From positions 32,001 through 96,000 of the forward strand of contig CBDCKW010000005.1 of the NCBI GenBank assembly GCA_965218435.1: 64,000 nucleotides of DNA, in the 5' to 3' direction. Positions 53,280 to 63,647 of the stretch are shown piece by piece. Position 1 is the stretch's first letter. Every line of letters starts with the position of its first letter. Source of the stretch: Truepera sp. (GTDB lineage Bacteria; Deinococcota; Deinococci; Deinococcales; Trueperaceae). The notes below the pieces were generated by a model. The model did not search any database and was not told where the DNA came from. It worked only from the letters and a program-made list of their open reading frames with translations. Both the position numbers and the translations under genes were made by a program.

Positions 53280-53480
53280 ATGCACGACCTTAAACTGACC
53301 GGTCAGCAAGACCCACGCCGGCCGAACTTGGCCCAGCTTTCTACCGAAGACGAGCCGCCTGGAACGTTAGAAGATGTGGCTCCGGGAGACCCCAAAGACC
53401 CGCTACCTGCTGATAACACGGTGGAATCAGGCATACCCGTCAAGTCTCCCTCGCCCGATACGACCGAGTCGCCAGACTGA
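53280..53480 (+). CDS. Pro/acid-rich disordered small protein 2
   Basis: SD GAGGT; P/D/E-rich. Confidence 0.55.
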   Translation: MHDLKLTGQQDPRRPNLAQLSTEDEPPGTLEDVAPGDPKDPLPADNTVESGIPVKSPSPDTTESPD

Positions 53481-53491
53481 AAGGAACCTTT

Positions 53492-53767
53492 ATGCTTGCG
53501 TTTATCTTTCCACCTACCCCAGACCCCGGCGCACCACCTTTGCCCGATCCGATGCCAGAACCGACACCCGATCCTGACGCGCCGATGCCTACACCTGAGC
53601 CAGAACCGGCGTCATTCGTCATTCCTGAAGACCCGAACACCCCGGATGACGATGCGGACGAACCGACCATCGAAGACCCGGAGGAACCGCCAGGACTGCC
53701 GATCGAGGAACCGGCAGAACCGGGCATACCCATTGAAGAGCCACCGCCTGTGGAAAGCCCTAGCTAG
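53492..53767 (+). CDS. Pro/acid-rich disordered small protein 3
   Basis: SD AAGGA; PDP and PIEEP repeats. Confidence 0.6.
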   Translation: MLAFIFPPTPDPGAPPLPDPMPEPTPDPDAPMPTPEPEPASFVIPEDPNTPDDDADEPTIEDPEEPPGLPIEEPAEPGIPIEEPPPVESPS

Positions 53768-53823
53768 GAAGTCTGATCTTGGCTGTAACCGTTAAACTCC
53801 ACTATGCCCGGTACTGAAACCCT

Positions 53824-54471
53824 TTAAGCGGCAGCGACGAGCTCGAGGCTGTTGTTGTGAACGTTGTTGACTGCCCGTGACACCGGATGCGCGTGCATCT
53901 TTCCTGGGTAGGGTTTGAGCAGTTTCTGCACCTCGTTGGCGTCGGTCAGCTCGGGGTCGAGCCATCTGTCGTAATCATGGGGCGACAAAATGACCGGCAT
54001 ACGCTCGTGCAAACTTGCCATCAGTTCGTTCGGAGTAGTGGTCAGAATGGTGCAGCTTAAAAGTTCATCGTGCCACAGATCAAAGAGCCCGGCAAAGCCG
54101 ATAGGCTCACCCCTCTCGAGCTGGAGGTAATAGGGCGTCTTGGCGCTACCTTCCCGCTTCCACTCATAAAACCCTGAGGACGGGATAATCGCCCGTTTGT
54201 ACCGAAGCGGCCCCTTAAAACTTGCCTTTTCGTGCGCAGTTTCACTCCGGGCATTAAAGAGGTTCACTTTCATCTCCTCCGGGTGCTTCGCCCATGCAGG
54301 GATGAGCCCCCATCTTGCCGGGGTGACAGTGCGCTCGTCCGAGAGGGTGGCAACTAGCGGGACGGTTTGGGTTGGCGCGATGTTGTAAGACGGACTGAAC
54401 TCGAGCTGCCCCTGCGCTACACCGTAGTGCTTAGAAAAGTCTTTAATCGTCAAGGTATACCGTCCGCACAT
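53824..54471 (-). CDS. SRAP / HMCES-YedK abasic-site protection protein
   Basis: MCGRY N-terminus (Cys2), SYNIAPT, WGLIP.W, NARSET, GFYEW, HERMPVIL. Confidence 0.92.
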   Translation of the reverse strand: MCGRYTLTIKDFSKHYGVAQGQLEFSPSYNIAPTQTVPLVATLSDERTVTPARWGLIPAWAKHPEEMKVNLFNARSETAHEKASFKGPLRYKRAIIPSSGFYEWKREGSAKTPYYLQLERGEPIGFAGLFDLWHDELLSCTILTTTPNELMASLHERMPVILSPHDYDRWLDPELTDANEVQKLLKPYPGKMHAHPVSRAVNNVHNNSLELVAAA

Positions 54472-54660
54472 CTGCATCCTCCTCGCCGCTCCCGGCATGT
54501 CTCAAATACTTAATATTTAAGGTATTCTAGCATGTGCGAAAGCCACTGGGGATTACGTGTCAGACACTTAGCGCTTATTGAATTGCTTCTCTGCGTGCTC
54601 AGGCCGAGGCAAGAGTTGATACTTCTTTTGCGGCAGTTGCGCGCAACTATTACTTTAAAC

Positions 54661-55757
54661 GAGGGGTGTGCATATAAACATCCACGTTGCCGAATAAGGT
54701 TGCGTGTTCCAGCATGAACTAGAGAGTCTTCGTTAGGCTAGGTCTGCTATGGACCAGAAAACGAAGACTCAGGATACGGTAACACCAGCCTTAGAGACAT
54801 GTATGAGCCTGGTAGATGAGCTAGAGCTGCCAGCCGATTCGGGAAACATCGAGTATTCGACCAGAAGTATGCTGAAGCTTTACTTGTACATGCTGATCAA
54901 ACGCATCAGGGGGTTCAAAACCCTCGCCAAGCAGTTACGACTCAAACCTGAACTACCAGGACAATTTGGTTTAACAACGTGTCCCCACAGAACAACCTTA
55001 AGCCGCCGCTTCAAGGAACTGCCTGAAGTCTTACGAGACCAAGTTCGCAGTCTTCACGCCGAGTTTGTAGCTGAGGGCGTCACGCTTGTCGATGTGATGA
55101 GCATTGATTCCAGCCTGCTGCACGCTCAGGGTAATGTCTGGCACAAAAAGCAGCGGGACAAAGGAGAATTACCGAGCTGTGGCAACATTGACACCGATGC
55201 CCATTGGGGAAAGAGCGGTTGTGGTAAGTGGGTGTACGGCTACCGCATTCACTGTTTGGTAAGCGGCTGTTCAGATGCTGCCTTACCGTGTGATGTAGAT
55301 GTTGCCTCAGCCAACATCAAAGATGCCGAGATGTTCAAAGACCAGCTTGCTCCTTCTATGCCTGAGCAGACCCAAGTCCTGCTCGGGGATGGTGGCTTTG
55401 ATACTCAGACTTGCTATGAGCTTTGTGACACAAACATGATCAGCTTCATTACACCTAGCAAAGCTAAACCCAACACCCCTCAAGACCGTCTCGAACGAGT
55501 TGCGCTTTACCATGACCCCGAGGTACGCCAAACCTTCGCACTTAGAAAAACAACCGTCGAACCCTTTCAAGGTCGGCTTAAGGCTCTTTTTGAACTCGAA
55601 TATCTTTTCATGAAAGGGCTCGAAAACGTTAGAACCCTCGTTATCCTCGCAACCTTTGCTTACTTGCTTCTCGCTAAACTTAATCACCGTCTCGGTCTAG
55701 ATATTCTCAAGCTTCAAGATACCCTTATTGCTATCAGGTGAACCTTGCACACCCCTC
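54661..55757 (+). mobile_element. Intact DDE_Tnp_1 (IS4/IS5-like) insertion sequence; transposase 54749-55741
   Basis: 12-bp TIR GAGGGGTGTGCA; 9-bp TSD ACTTTAAAC (54652-54660, 55758-55766); SIDSS, GDGGFD, VEPFQG. Confidence 0.9.
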
Positions 55758-55881
55758 ACTTTAAACTAAACCTACAGCGATGGCACATTCTACTCGGTAG
55801 GAATTCGCCATCAGAGTCCACCAGGATATCAAAGCACTTTCTGACACGAGTGAGGCTAGTGGCTTTCTAGATACTCTTACG

Positions 55882-57726
55882 TCAAAACGTGTCTGCAGGC
55901 TGACTCTGATATCCCCGAGCCTGGAGCCGAAACATCTGCGCGTAGGTGCCCCCTTGTCCTAACAGCGCCTCGTGCGATCCTCGCTCGGATACAGCGCCGT
56001 TTTCCAACACCACGATCTCGTCGGCCAAACGAACCGTGCTGAAGCGGTGGGAGATGAGTACTGTAATGCGCCCCATCGCCTGCGCCCTAAGCGCCTCAAC
56101 CACCTCGAACTCGGCGTTGGCGTCGAGCGCGGCGGTGGGTTCGTCGAACACCAAGACCGAGCCGCCTCTAAAGTAGAGCCGGGCGAGCGCCAGCCGTTGC
56201 CACTGCCCCCCGGACAGCTGCTGCCCGCCGGCAAACCAGCGCCCGAGCATATTGCCATAACCCTTGGGTAACCGCCCGATAAATGCGTCGGCCCCAGCAC
56301 GAACGCTGGCCGCCTCGACGTCGGCGTCATCAGCTAGCGATTCGGTGTGCCCGAGCGCCACGTTTTCACGTACCGTCAGCTGGTACTGGCCAAAATCTTG
56401 AAAGATGATGCTCATCTCTTTTTGGATGCTACGGGGGCTAAACCGCGCCGCGTCTTGACCGTTAAGCAAAATACGCCCTGCTGTAGGACTATAAAGTCCG
56501 GTCAAGAGCTTGATCAAAGTTGTTTTACCTGCGCCGTTTTTGCCTACGAGCGCAAGCGCTTGCCCTTGCTGAACGTTTAGCGATACATCTTTGAGCACGT
56601 CGGTTTCAGTCAAGGGATAACGAAACGAAACCCCTTGCAACTCGATACTCTCAATCGTGCCCTCCCACACCTCGCCAGCCTCTAAGTCGCGGGTCGGCAA
56701 TTCTAAAAACTCGAACAAGTTACGCATGTACAAGAGGTTTTGATAGATACCGGTGAACCCTGACAAGAGCGTCGAAAACTGCCCCTGTAGCTGCGCAATG
56801 CCCTGAATAAAGAGCCCGAAGTCGCCGACGCTGACCAAGCCCCGTGCGGCTCGCCGGAGCACGAGGAGCGTCGCTGCGCCGATAAACCCCGCCGACGCTG
56901 CCGATGCACCGAGCCCCCACAAGCTGCGCCGCGTAACGAGCGACACGAGCTGGGCACGAAACTTCGCGTAATATGCCCCCCAGCGCGAGATAAGGTAGTC
57001 TTCAAAACCGAAGAGCCGCACTTCTTTTACAGCGGTGTCGTTGGTCAACAAGTAGCCCAGATAATTTTGGATGCGGGCGTCGGCCACCTGGCGGCGGAGC
57101 ATCCGGTAACCCTCGGTACCAAAACGGCTGGTAACCCAAACGCCGGGTAGGGTCGCCAGCAAAACAAGGGGAACGACGGCGATACCGAGCTGCGACAACA
57201 GGGCGCTGACGGTCCCTAGAGTAATCAGCGACTGCACCAGCGACACGATCTGAGTAAACACGCCGAGCGGCCGCGAACCCACCTCGCGGTAGGCGTTTTG
57301 CAGGGTATCGTAGGTTTCGGCGTCTTCAAACTGGGCGAGCTCGAGACTCGAGGCCTTGTGCAAAATACGGAGGCTGATCCGGTTCTGCAGTGCGTCGCCT
57401 AAAAGCTCGCGGTTGGTGCCTTGCGCCGCGGTTAAGATGCTCGAGACGACCCCTACCCCGACCTGCAACGCCAGCAATCCCAAAAGCCGGTTGAACGCGG
57501 CTTCGGGTGTTCCTAAGCGACCCTCAATCGCGCCTGCCACTGCATCGAGCAAGAGTTTGCTGATCCAGATCGTAACGGCAGGGATAAACGCCTGGATCAG
57601 GCTAAGCCCTGCAGCAACGAGCGTTTGCAGTGGGCTGGTCGACCATACGAGTTGAAGTGTCGCTAATAGGTCACGACCGTAGATACGCCAAGAGACATTG
57701 GCAACCGGGACTGCTCGCTTAAACAC
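55882..57726 (-). CDS. ABC exporter (fused TMD-NBD)
   Basis: GKNGAGKT, LSGGQWQRLALAR, DEPTAALD, SHRFST. Confidence 0.92.
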   Translation of the reverse strand: MFKRAVPVANVSWRIYGRDLLATLQLVWSTSPLQTLVAAGLSLIQAFIPAVTIWISKLLLDAVAGAIEGRLGTPEAAFNRLLGLLALQVGVGVVSSILTAAQGTNRELLGDALQNRISLRILHKASSLELAQFEDAETYDTLQNAYREVGSRPLGVFTQIVSLVQSLITLGTVSALLSQLGIAVVPLVLLATLPGVWVTSRFGTEGYRMLRRQVADARIQNYLGYLLTNDTAVKEVRLFGFEDYLISRWGAYYAKFRAQLVSLVTRRSLWGLGASAASAGFIGAATLLVLRRAARGLVSVGDFGLFIQGIAQLQGQFSTLLSGFTGIYQNLLYMRNLFEFLELPTRDLEAGEVWEGTIESIELQGVSFRYPLTETDVLKDVSLNVQQGQALALVGKNGAGKTTLIKLLTGLYSPTAGRILLNGQDAARFSPRSIQKEMSIIFQDFGQYQLTVRENVALGHTESLADDADVEAASVRAGADAFIGRLPKGYGNMLGRWFAGGQQLSGGQWQRLALARLYFRGGSVLVFDEPTAALDANAEFEVVEALRAQAMGRITVLISHRFSTVRLADEIVVLENGAVSERGSHEALLGQGGTYAQMFRLQARGYQSQPADTF

Positions 57727-58260
57727 GTTCCTCCTTGTCTTTTCGTTTCATGCTTATTGATACGTCCCCTGAAGAGGGTTTGCTCCACGCATGATTAAAG
57801 CACCCCGAGCCACAAACTTTTACAGGAACCTGTACGTCGCACGTCCAAGAGTGCTGATGGTATCTAACCGCTCGCTCGTAGTGATCACCGACGTATGAGC
57901 CAAGTAGGCGTTCCTGTCAGCGCCTTGGCTGCTTGCGGGTAGTGCTTTCCAGCTTCGCCTCGCTAGGTGGCTTCTCAAGACACGCCGTCTTACGACCGAA
58001 CCCGTTCTGCCACCTCGTCCCGAGCTTTGGCACTATAGACCTCGAGCGGCCCTAACTCAAGGAGCGGCGTCAAGGTGACCTTATCGCTCCGCCCTTGCCG
58101 AACCCCGTCGGCCCAGGCAATCTGCACGTTCGGCCCTATTAAGACAAGACCCACACCTCTCACATGGTAGTGCTTCGTCGCGCTACCCGTGGCGTAGACG
58201 CTGACCATGACCCAAGCGGTCGTCGTCATCTGCGTATTCCACCGAACTTGGGCAGTCAAG

Positions 58261-58410
58261 GGTCTTCCTCAGCTTCCGTGCATCAGGCCAGCAAAACTCG
58301 CGCGCGGAGTGAGGTCGAAGTTGGCCCGACCATACATCATTCGCTTGACGAGTTTGAGTTTGTTGACTTGACCTTTTTGCCCGTTACTCCACGGTAGCGT
58401 TAAGGCGGCC
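58261..58410 (-). mobile_element. ISL3 transposase C-terminal remnant with right end
   Basis: PWSNGQ..QVNKLKLVKRMMYGRANFDL, then end-like ...GGAAGACC. Confidence 0.7.
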
Positions 58411-58413
58411 TCT

Positions 58414-59094
58414 TTACAGACGCACAGCCAAACTAGAAGATAGCCCCTTGCGACCTTCATTCGTGAGGTGCACAATGCGGCTTCCTTCGTTTTGAAGTAA
58501 CCACTTCCGTTCAAAGAAGCTCTGGGTGAGCGCCGCCCCCAACGCCCCTGCAAGATGATAGCGCCGCTCCGTCCAGTCGAGACACTGCCGAGCAAAGCCA
58601 CGCCTCTGCATTTTGAGTGCGTCGGTGTCGATGTCGAACGTTCTAAAGCCCCTTTCACCCTCGGTCGTAAGCTCAAAGTCTTTGCCCGCCGCCCTCAGCC
58701 AACCTTTACCGAGGCACGCGTCCGTGACCGCCACGCCTAGCTTGCCCGCCAGGTGGTCGTAACAGGTGCGCGCAAACCCGAGGGGCTCGAGCGTCAAGGC
58801 GTTCTCTCGTGGAGCGTCCGCTCGGGGCGCAAGCACCATGAGTGCTTCCACCGCCTCGGCAACCTCTGCACCTGCCAGGCGGTAGTAGCGGTGCCGACCG
58901 TGCTTTTCACCTATGAGCAGCCCACCTTCGCAAAGTTTGCCGAGGTGGGCGCTAGCCGTCTGCGGGGAGATGTTCGCGCATCTTGCCAGAGCGCTCGCAG
59001 GCAAGCCGTCTACATCGAACAGCGCCACGAGCATCTGCGCCCGGGCGGGGTCACCGATAAGCCGGGCGGCTGAAGAGATAGCCTTCGCGTTCAT
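58414..59094 (-). CDS. ArsR-family regulator with RTCYDHLAG domain (leaderless)
   Basis: GDPARAQML, TASAHL.KL, ARTCYDHLAG, CLDWTERR.HLAG; TACCGT 6 nt before the ATG. Confidence 0.9.
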   Translation of the reverse strand: MNAKAISSAARLIGDPARAQMLVALFDVDGLPASALARCANISPQTASAHLGKLCEGGLLIGEKHGRHRYYRLAGAEVAEAVEALMVLAPRADAPRENALTLEPLGFARTCYDHLAGKLGVAVTDACLGKGWLRAAGKDFELTTEGERGFRTFDIDTDALKMQRRGFARQCLDWTERRYHLAGALGAALTQSFFERKWLLQNEGSRIVHLTNEGRKGLSSSLAVRL

Positions 59095-59225
59095 AGTTCG
59101 ACGGTACCTGAAACATTGCTGTGATGTCAAAGGGTAACCTCGTTTTTTATGAACGCAACCGTTCTCTTCGCTGTTTTGGACTTTCCACAAACCACACATC
59201 GTCGCCCTGTGAGAGGACAAGTGGG

Positions 59226-60359
59226 ATGACGAACACCGTGTTTCTCCAATCCGAGGTAAGTGACCCCTACGCCGTCTACGAGCAAATGTTGGCGCGTCAC
59301 CCTATCGTCTATGATGAAGCGAATCGGCTCTGGGCGGTTTATGGCTATGGAGCTTGCCAGGAGGTATTAACGGCGAGCAGCGCACACATACCCGCTCAGA
59401 GCCAGGCGAACATCGAGCGGATGAACCCCTACGCCCGTGCCATCTTAGAAAACCTAGTACGGCTCAGAAACCCACCCGAGCACGCCCGACTGCGCCCGCT
59501 CGTCACCGACTTGTTCGGGAGGATGAAGCACGTGCCTGCTGGTGAGCTGCTCGAGCCGCTGCTGCTAACGCCAACCACGACGCTCGAGTGGGTGGATGTG
59601 GTTTGCAAGAGACTCCCGGCCCTCTCTGTGCTGCGCGGTTTCGGTTTTTCAGAGAACGACACCGCAGCTCTTTTGGAGAGCGTCGCCACGCTCTGTACCT
59701 TCATGCGACCCGAAAAGTCGGCGGGGGTCGTGGCAGAACTCAATACGGTGGCAGCGGAGGTATATCCACGGGTGGAACGTCATCTCACGAAGACTGGCGT
59801 GCTCGCTGGGGTCGCGGGCGTTACCGCGCCCGCGACGCGCAGTGCTCTAGTCGCCAACTTCATCGGCTTCGTGATCCAGAGTTATGACGCGGGCCGCGGC
59901 CTCCTGAGCAATACTCTGTTACAGGTTCTCAATCACGGCTCTGAGCATAGCGGCGACGAGGCATACCTCCGCCGGGCAGTTACGGAATCCCTTCGTTTCG
60001 ACCCTGCGATTCATAACACCCGCCGTGTCATGCGTGAGGACACGACAGTAAAAGGGCAAGTCCTGAAAGCAGACGAGGCGGTGCTAGTCGTGCTGGCTGC
60101 GGCCAACCGCGACCCGCAAGTGTTCGAGCATCCGCGGCAGTTCGATATGGACCGTGACAACAACGGCGAGCACCTAACCTTCGGTGCGGGCATCCACAGC
60201 TGCATGGCGAAGCATCATGTGGTCGAGCTGACGGTGGGTGCAATGGCTCACCTGTTTACCCGCTTCCCGAACGTCGCACTGCTCGACGAAACCCTCGCCT
60301 ACGAGCCGGTGGTCAACGCTCGCCTACCCAAAAAGATGATGCTCGGCTTTTCAGCTTAA
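59226..60359 (+). CDS. Cytochrome P450
   Basis: ESLR (ExxR), AANRDP, HLTFGAGIHSC heme motif. Confidence 0.9.
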   Translation: MTNTVFLQSEVSDPYAVYEQMLARHPIVYDEANRLWAVYGYGACQEVLTASSAHIPAQSQANIERMNPYARAILENLVRLRNPPEHARLRPLVTDLFGRMKHVPAGELLEPLLLTPTTTLEWVDVVCKRLPALSVLRGFGFSENDTAALLESVATLCTFMRPEKSAGVVAELNTVAAEVYPRVERHLTKTGVLAGVAGVTAPATRSALVANFIGFVIQSYDAGRGLLSNTLLQVLNHGSEHSGDEAYLRRAVTESLRFDPAIHNTRRVMREDTTVKGQVLKADEAVLVVLAAANRDPQVFEHPRQFDMDRDNNGEHLTFGAGIHSCMAKHHVVELTVGAMAHLFTRFPNVALLDETLAYEPVVNARLPKKMMLGFSA

Positions 60360-60371
60360 GGAGATGACCTG

Positions 60372-61208
60372 GTGAACAAAGAGAGACAGGTAGCCCTCGC
60401 CGAGAGGTTTAGAGACCTCCACACCGCCCCTGACCTCCTGGTGCTACCCAACGCTTGGGATGCGGGAAGCGCCATCATTTTTGAGAAGGAAGGCTTCAGT
60501 GCGGTCGGCACGACAAGCGCAGGCATCGCCTACTCGCTGGGCTATCCAGACGGTGAACAGGTCACGCTGGGCGATCTGCTCGAGGTAGAAAAGCGCATCC
60601 TGCGGCGGCTCAGTGTCCCCCTAAGTGTGGACATTGAAACGGGCTATGGTGACGACGTAGCACAGGTCGTTAATTCAGTCATGCAAGTTGTCGAGCTTGG
60701 AGCCGTGGGGATCAACTTAGAGGACGGCCTTAGCGGGGCGTCACCGAGGTTATTCGATTTGATGGAGCAATGCGAGAAGATTGACGCTCTAAGTAGGCTT
60801 AGAAAGTCGATAGCTGTCCCCTTCGTCATCAACGCCAGAACCGATGTTTTTTGGTTGCAGGTGGGCGATGCTGAAGCCAGGCTGGCTGAGGCTGTCGAGC
60901 GCGCCTTGGCGTACCTGGAAGCCGGAGCGGATTGTATCTTCGTTCCCGGCCACCTCGAGCCAAGCCTCGTTCGGGAACTCACCGCTGCTATCCCCGGCCC
61001 CCTCAACATCATCGCTACGCCTGACTGCCCGAGCGTCGCCGAGTTGGAGGGGTTAGGCGTAGCTAGGCTCAGTCTCGGCTCCGGCCCAGTAAGGGCCGCA
61101 CTAGGCATCACTCAGAAGATTGCCCGAGAGTTGAAACGCCGAGGAACGTACACGAGCATGTACGAAACAACTATTTCCTATGAGCAAGCCAATCTCTTGT
61201 TTAGCTGA
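60372..61208 (+). CDS. Isocitrate lyase/PEP mutase-family protein
   Basis: LPNAWDAGSA, TTSAG, DIETGYG, GINLED, INARTD. Confidence 0.9.
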   Translation: MNKERQVALAERFRDLHTAPDLLVLPNAWDAGSAIIFEKEGFSAVGTTSAGIAYSLGYPDGEQVTLGDLLEVEKRILRRLSVPLSVDIETGYGDDVAQVVNSVMQVVELGAVGINLEDGLSGASPRLFDLMEQCEKIDALSRLRKSIAVPFVINARTDVFWLQVGDAEARLAEAVERALAYLEAGADCIFVPGHLEPSLVRELTAAIPGPLNIIATPDCPSVAELEGLGVARLSLGSGPVRAALGITQKIARELKRRGTYTSMYETTISYEQANLLFS

Positions 61209-61316
61209 CGAAGCCCGCCTTATGCGGTATTTGAGCGCCACAACTGCGTGCCAACGTCAACGACCCAACTCTTACTCTTCACTTGCCTGCCATGTTGGGA
61301 GTACACTATTACCAAT

Positions 61317-61769
61317 ATGACGACATGGACGCCTCCTCGAACCATAACACTGAGCCCCGGACGCACTCTGACCGAACACGTCTTCGGCAAGCACTACACG
61401 ACCGACGCGGCACGCCATCAGATCGGCGAGGGCTTCGACGCGGACGTGTTCAGACGTTTCGAAAAGGCTGTACTTGCCCCACGCGGGTCGCTTGCCGAAC
61501 ACCTGGGGGTCAGCGAGCGTACCTTACTGCGCCGCCTCCACGAGAACAAGCATTTCAGCGCCTCCGAAAGCGACCGGCTCTACCGGCTGATCGACCTTTA
61601 CAGCCAGGCAGCGGACGTCTTGGGTAGCCTCGAGGCCGCCAGGGAGTGGATGACCGGTCCGGCGGTGGCGCTCGGGGATCAGACGCCCCTGTCTTATGCC
61701 ACGAATGAAGCGGGTGCCAAACGTGTTGAGCAACTTCTTACCCGCATTGATGACGGTGTCTACAGCTGA
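61317..61769 (+). CDS. Xre/MbcA/ParS antitoxin
   Basis: HTH LGVSERTLLRR; W.T.P..ALG.QTPL...GVYS. Confidence 0.9.
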   Translation: MTTWTPPRTITLSPGRTLTEHVFGKHYTTDAARHQIGEGFDADVFRRFEKAVLAPRGSLAEHLGVSERTLLRRLHENKHFSASESDRLYRLIDLYSQAADVLGSLEAAREWMTGPAVALGDQTPLSYATNEAGAKRVEQLLTRIDDGVYS

Positions 61770-62227
61770 AAGCGTTCAGAGTCAGCAAGGCGAAGTACGC
61801 CAGCACAGCCTTCGAGGGGGTAGGCAGCAAAAAGGCAGGGGGTCGTTGGAACAGTCCCGGTCACGCCGTCGTCTATGCAAGTGAGAACCGCGCGACTGCT
61901 GCTCTGGAGATTCTCGTGCACATCAGACGGGCACAGCTGCTCAGGGACGACTACGTCATCTTCGAGCTCGACGTTCCCAAAAATTTGGTGGTCACGCTCG
62001 AACCACACGCGTTAGCTCAGGAGTGGGACGCCCCCATCGAGACGACCGCCAGCACCGACATCGGCGACGCCTGGTTCGACGCCCGTGCGAGCGTGGCCTT
62101 GAGGGTGCCCAGCGTCGCTATCCGAGGTGAGATCAACGTGCTGCTCAATCCTGAGCATCCGGACTTCGACAAGGTGGCTATTCATCCACCCGAGCCGTTC
62201 TTGTTTGATAAGCGGCTAGGTCAGTAA
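61766..62227 (+). CDS. RES-domain toxin with CTG or lost start codon
   Basis: Frame from CTG 61766 reads LKAFRVSK...GGRWNSPG..VYASE...LE...VPS...LLNPEHP; in-frame TGA at 61751 upstream. Confidence 0.8.
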   Translation: MKAFRVSKAKYASTAFEGVGSKKAGGRWNSPGHAVVYASENRATAALEILVHIRRAQLLRDDYVIFELDVPKNLVVTLEPHALAQEWDAPIETTASTDIGDAWFDARASVALRVPSVAIRGEINVLLNPEHPDFDKVAIHPPEPFLFDKRLGQ

Positions 62228-62379
62228 GGTTGCTGCCTAACCTCATGCAGCAACCTTATGCGGCAGTTGGGCCGTAACACTGCGGTAGACATGCGGCACT
62301 TTTGCTGATCCGGATCCGGTTGTTACTTCGAAATCACGCCCGCCCTTGTAAAATGAAGCTACTGAATTATGAGACTCCG

Positions 62380-63522
62380 ATGGTCGTCGAACGTTTTCAG
62401 ATCAACATTCCGCAGACGACTTTAGACGACCTGAACGAACGTTTGGCGCGCGCCCGTTGGCCCGACGAGATCGAAGGGGCAGGCTGGGACTACGGTACGA
62501 ACGCGGCTTACCTCCGCGAGCTGGCTCATCACTGGCAGCACCACTACAACTGGCCTAAGCACGAAGCCGACCTGAGCGTGTTCAACCACTTTCGTGCCGA
62601 GATAGACGGCCTCGGACTTCACTTTATCCACGACAAAGGCAAAGGGGCTAAGCCGCTCCCCCTACTCCTGACCCACGGCTGGCCTGATTCCTTCTGGCGC
62701 TTCTCCAAGCTCATTCCCACGCTTACCGACCCCGAAAGCTACGGAGGGCAAGCGGAAGACGCCTTCGACGTGGTGGTGCCGAGCATCCCTGGCTTCGGCT
62801 TCTCGGATAAACCAACCCGGCGCGGCATGACCAACGTCAAGGTCACGGAACTTTTCGCCCAGCTCATGGCCGAGTTGGGGTATGAGCGCTACGCAGCGCA
62901 CGGCGGCGACTGGGGCCGCGGTATCACGGCTTCCTTGGGGGCGGCGCAAGCGGCCAGCGTGGTAGGTATTCACCTTACCGACGTCCCGTACCGGCACCTT
63001 CTCAGGCAGCCACCCGAGGAGCTATCCGAGGCCGAACAGGCTTATCTCGAGGCGGGTCAGGCGTGGTCGAGGACTGAAGGTGCCTACGCTGCCATCCAGG
63101 GCACCAAGCCCCAAACCCTTGCTTACGGCTTGACCGATTCCCCTATAGGTCTCGCGGGCTGGCTGCTCGAGAAGTTTCGTGCCTGGAGCGACTGTCACGG
63201 AAACGTCGAGAACAGCTTCTCCAAAGACGAGTTGCTGACTAACATCATCTTGTACTGGGCGACCCAAACCATTAACTCGGCCAACAGGCTCTACTACGAA
63301 ACGCAGCACATGGCGCAAGAAGCCCCTCAGGCGCGTGTCGAGGTTCCTACCGGTCTCGCCATCTTCCCTAAAGACCTCGTGGCTGCTCCCCGTGAGGTTG
63401 CCGAGCACCTTTACAACGTACAGCGGTGAACGGAGATGACGCGTGGGGGGCACTTTGCGGCCTTCGAGGAACCCGAGCTGCTAGTAAACGAGTTGCAGGA
63501 GTTTTTTCGTCCCCTCCGTTAA
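62380..63522 (+). pseudogene. Epoxide hydrolase (EHN family) with premature TGA at 63427
   Basis: HGWP, GGDWG; GGHFAAFEEP (catalytic His) lies after the stop in the same frame. Confidence 0.85.
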
Positions 63523-63647
63523 GTCGACTAGGTCAGCGCGGCCACCATCCTTTTACGTTGGGTTGCAACACTTCTCTGAGCGATACCGTTGCCGAACTTG
63601 GGGAGCGGCGTGAGGAGCGGCTAAGCTGAGGCGACCAGGAGGCTCAA

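Noticed and set aside
54480..54660. Deinococcal radiation/desiccation response motif upstream of SRAP
   Set aside because: TTACGTGTCAGACAC does not complete the 17-bp palindromic consensus.
57770..57830. Possible ISL3 left end (GGTTCCTGTAAAAGTTTGTGGC on the minus strand)
   Set aside because: Only a short resemblance, with no supporting transposase ORF.
2028..63429. Stop-codon recoding or amber suppression to explain the many in-frame stops
   Set aside because: The stops are mixed (TAA 2028; TAG 14087, 14842, 26619, 50622; TGA 63427), co-occur with frameshifts and truncations, and all three codons end intact genes. Decay or sequence error is simpler.
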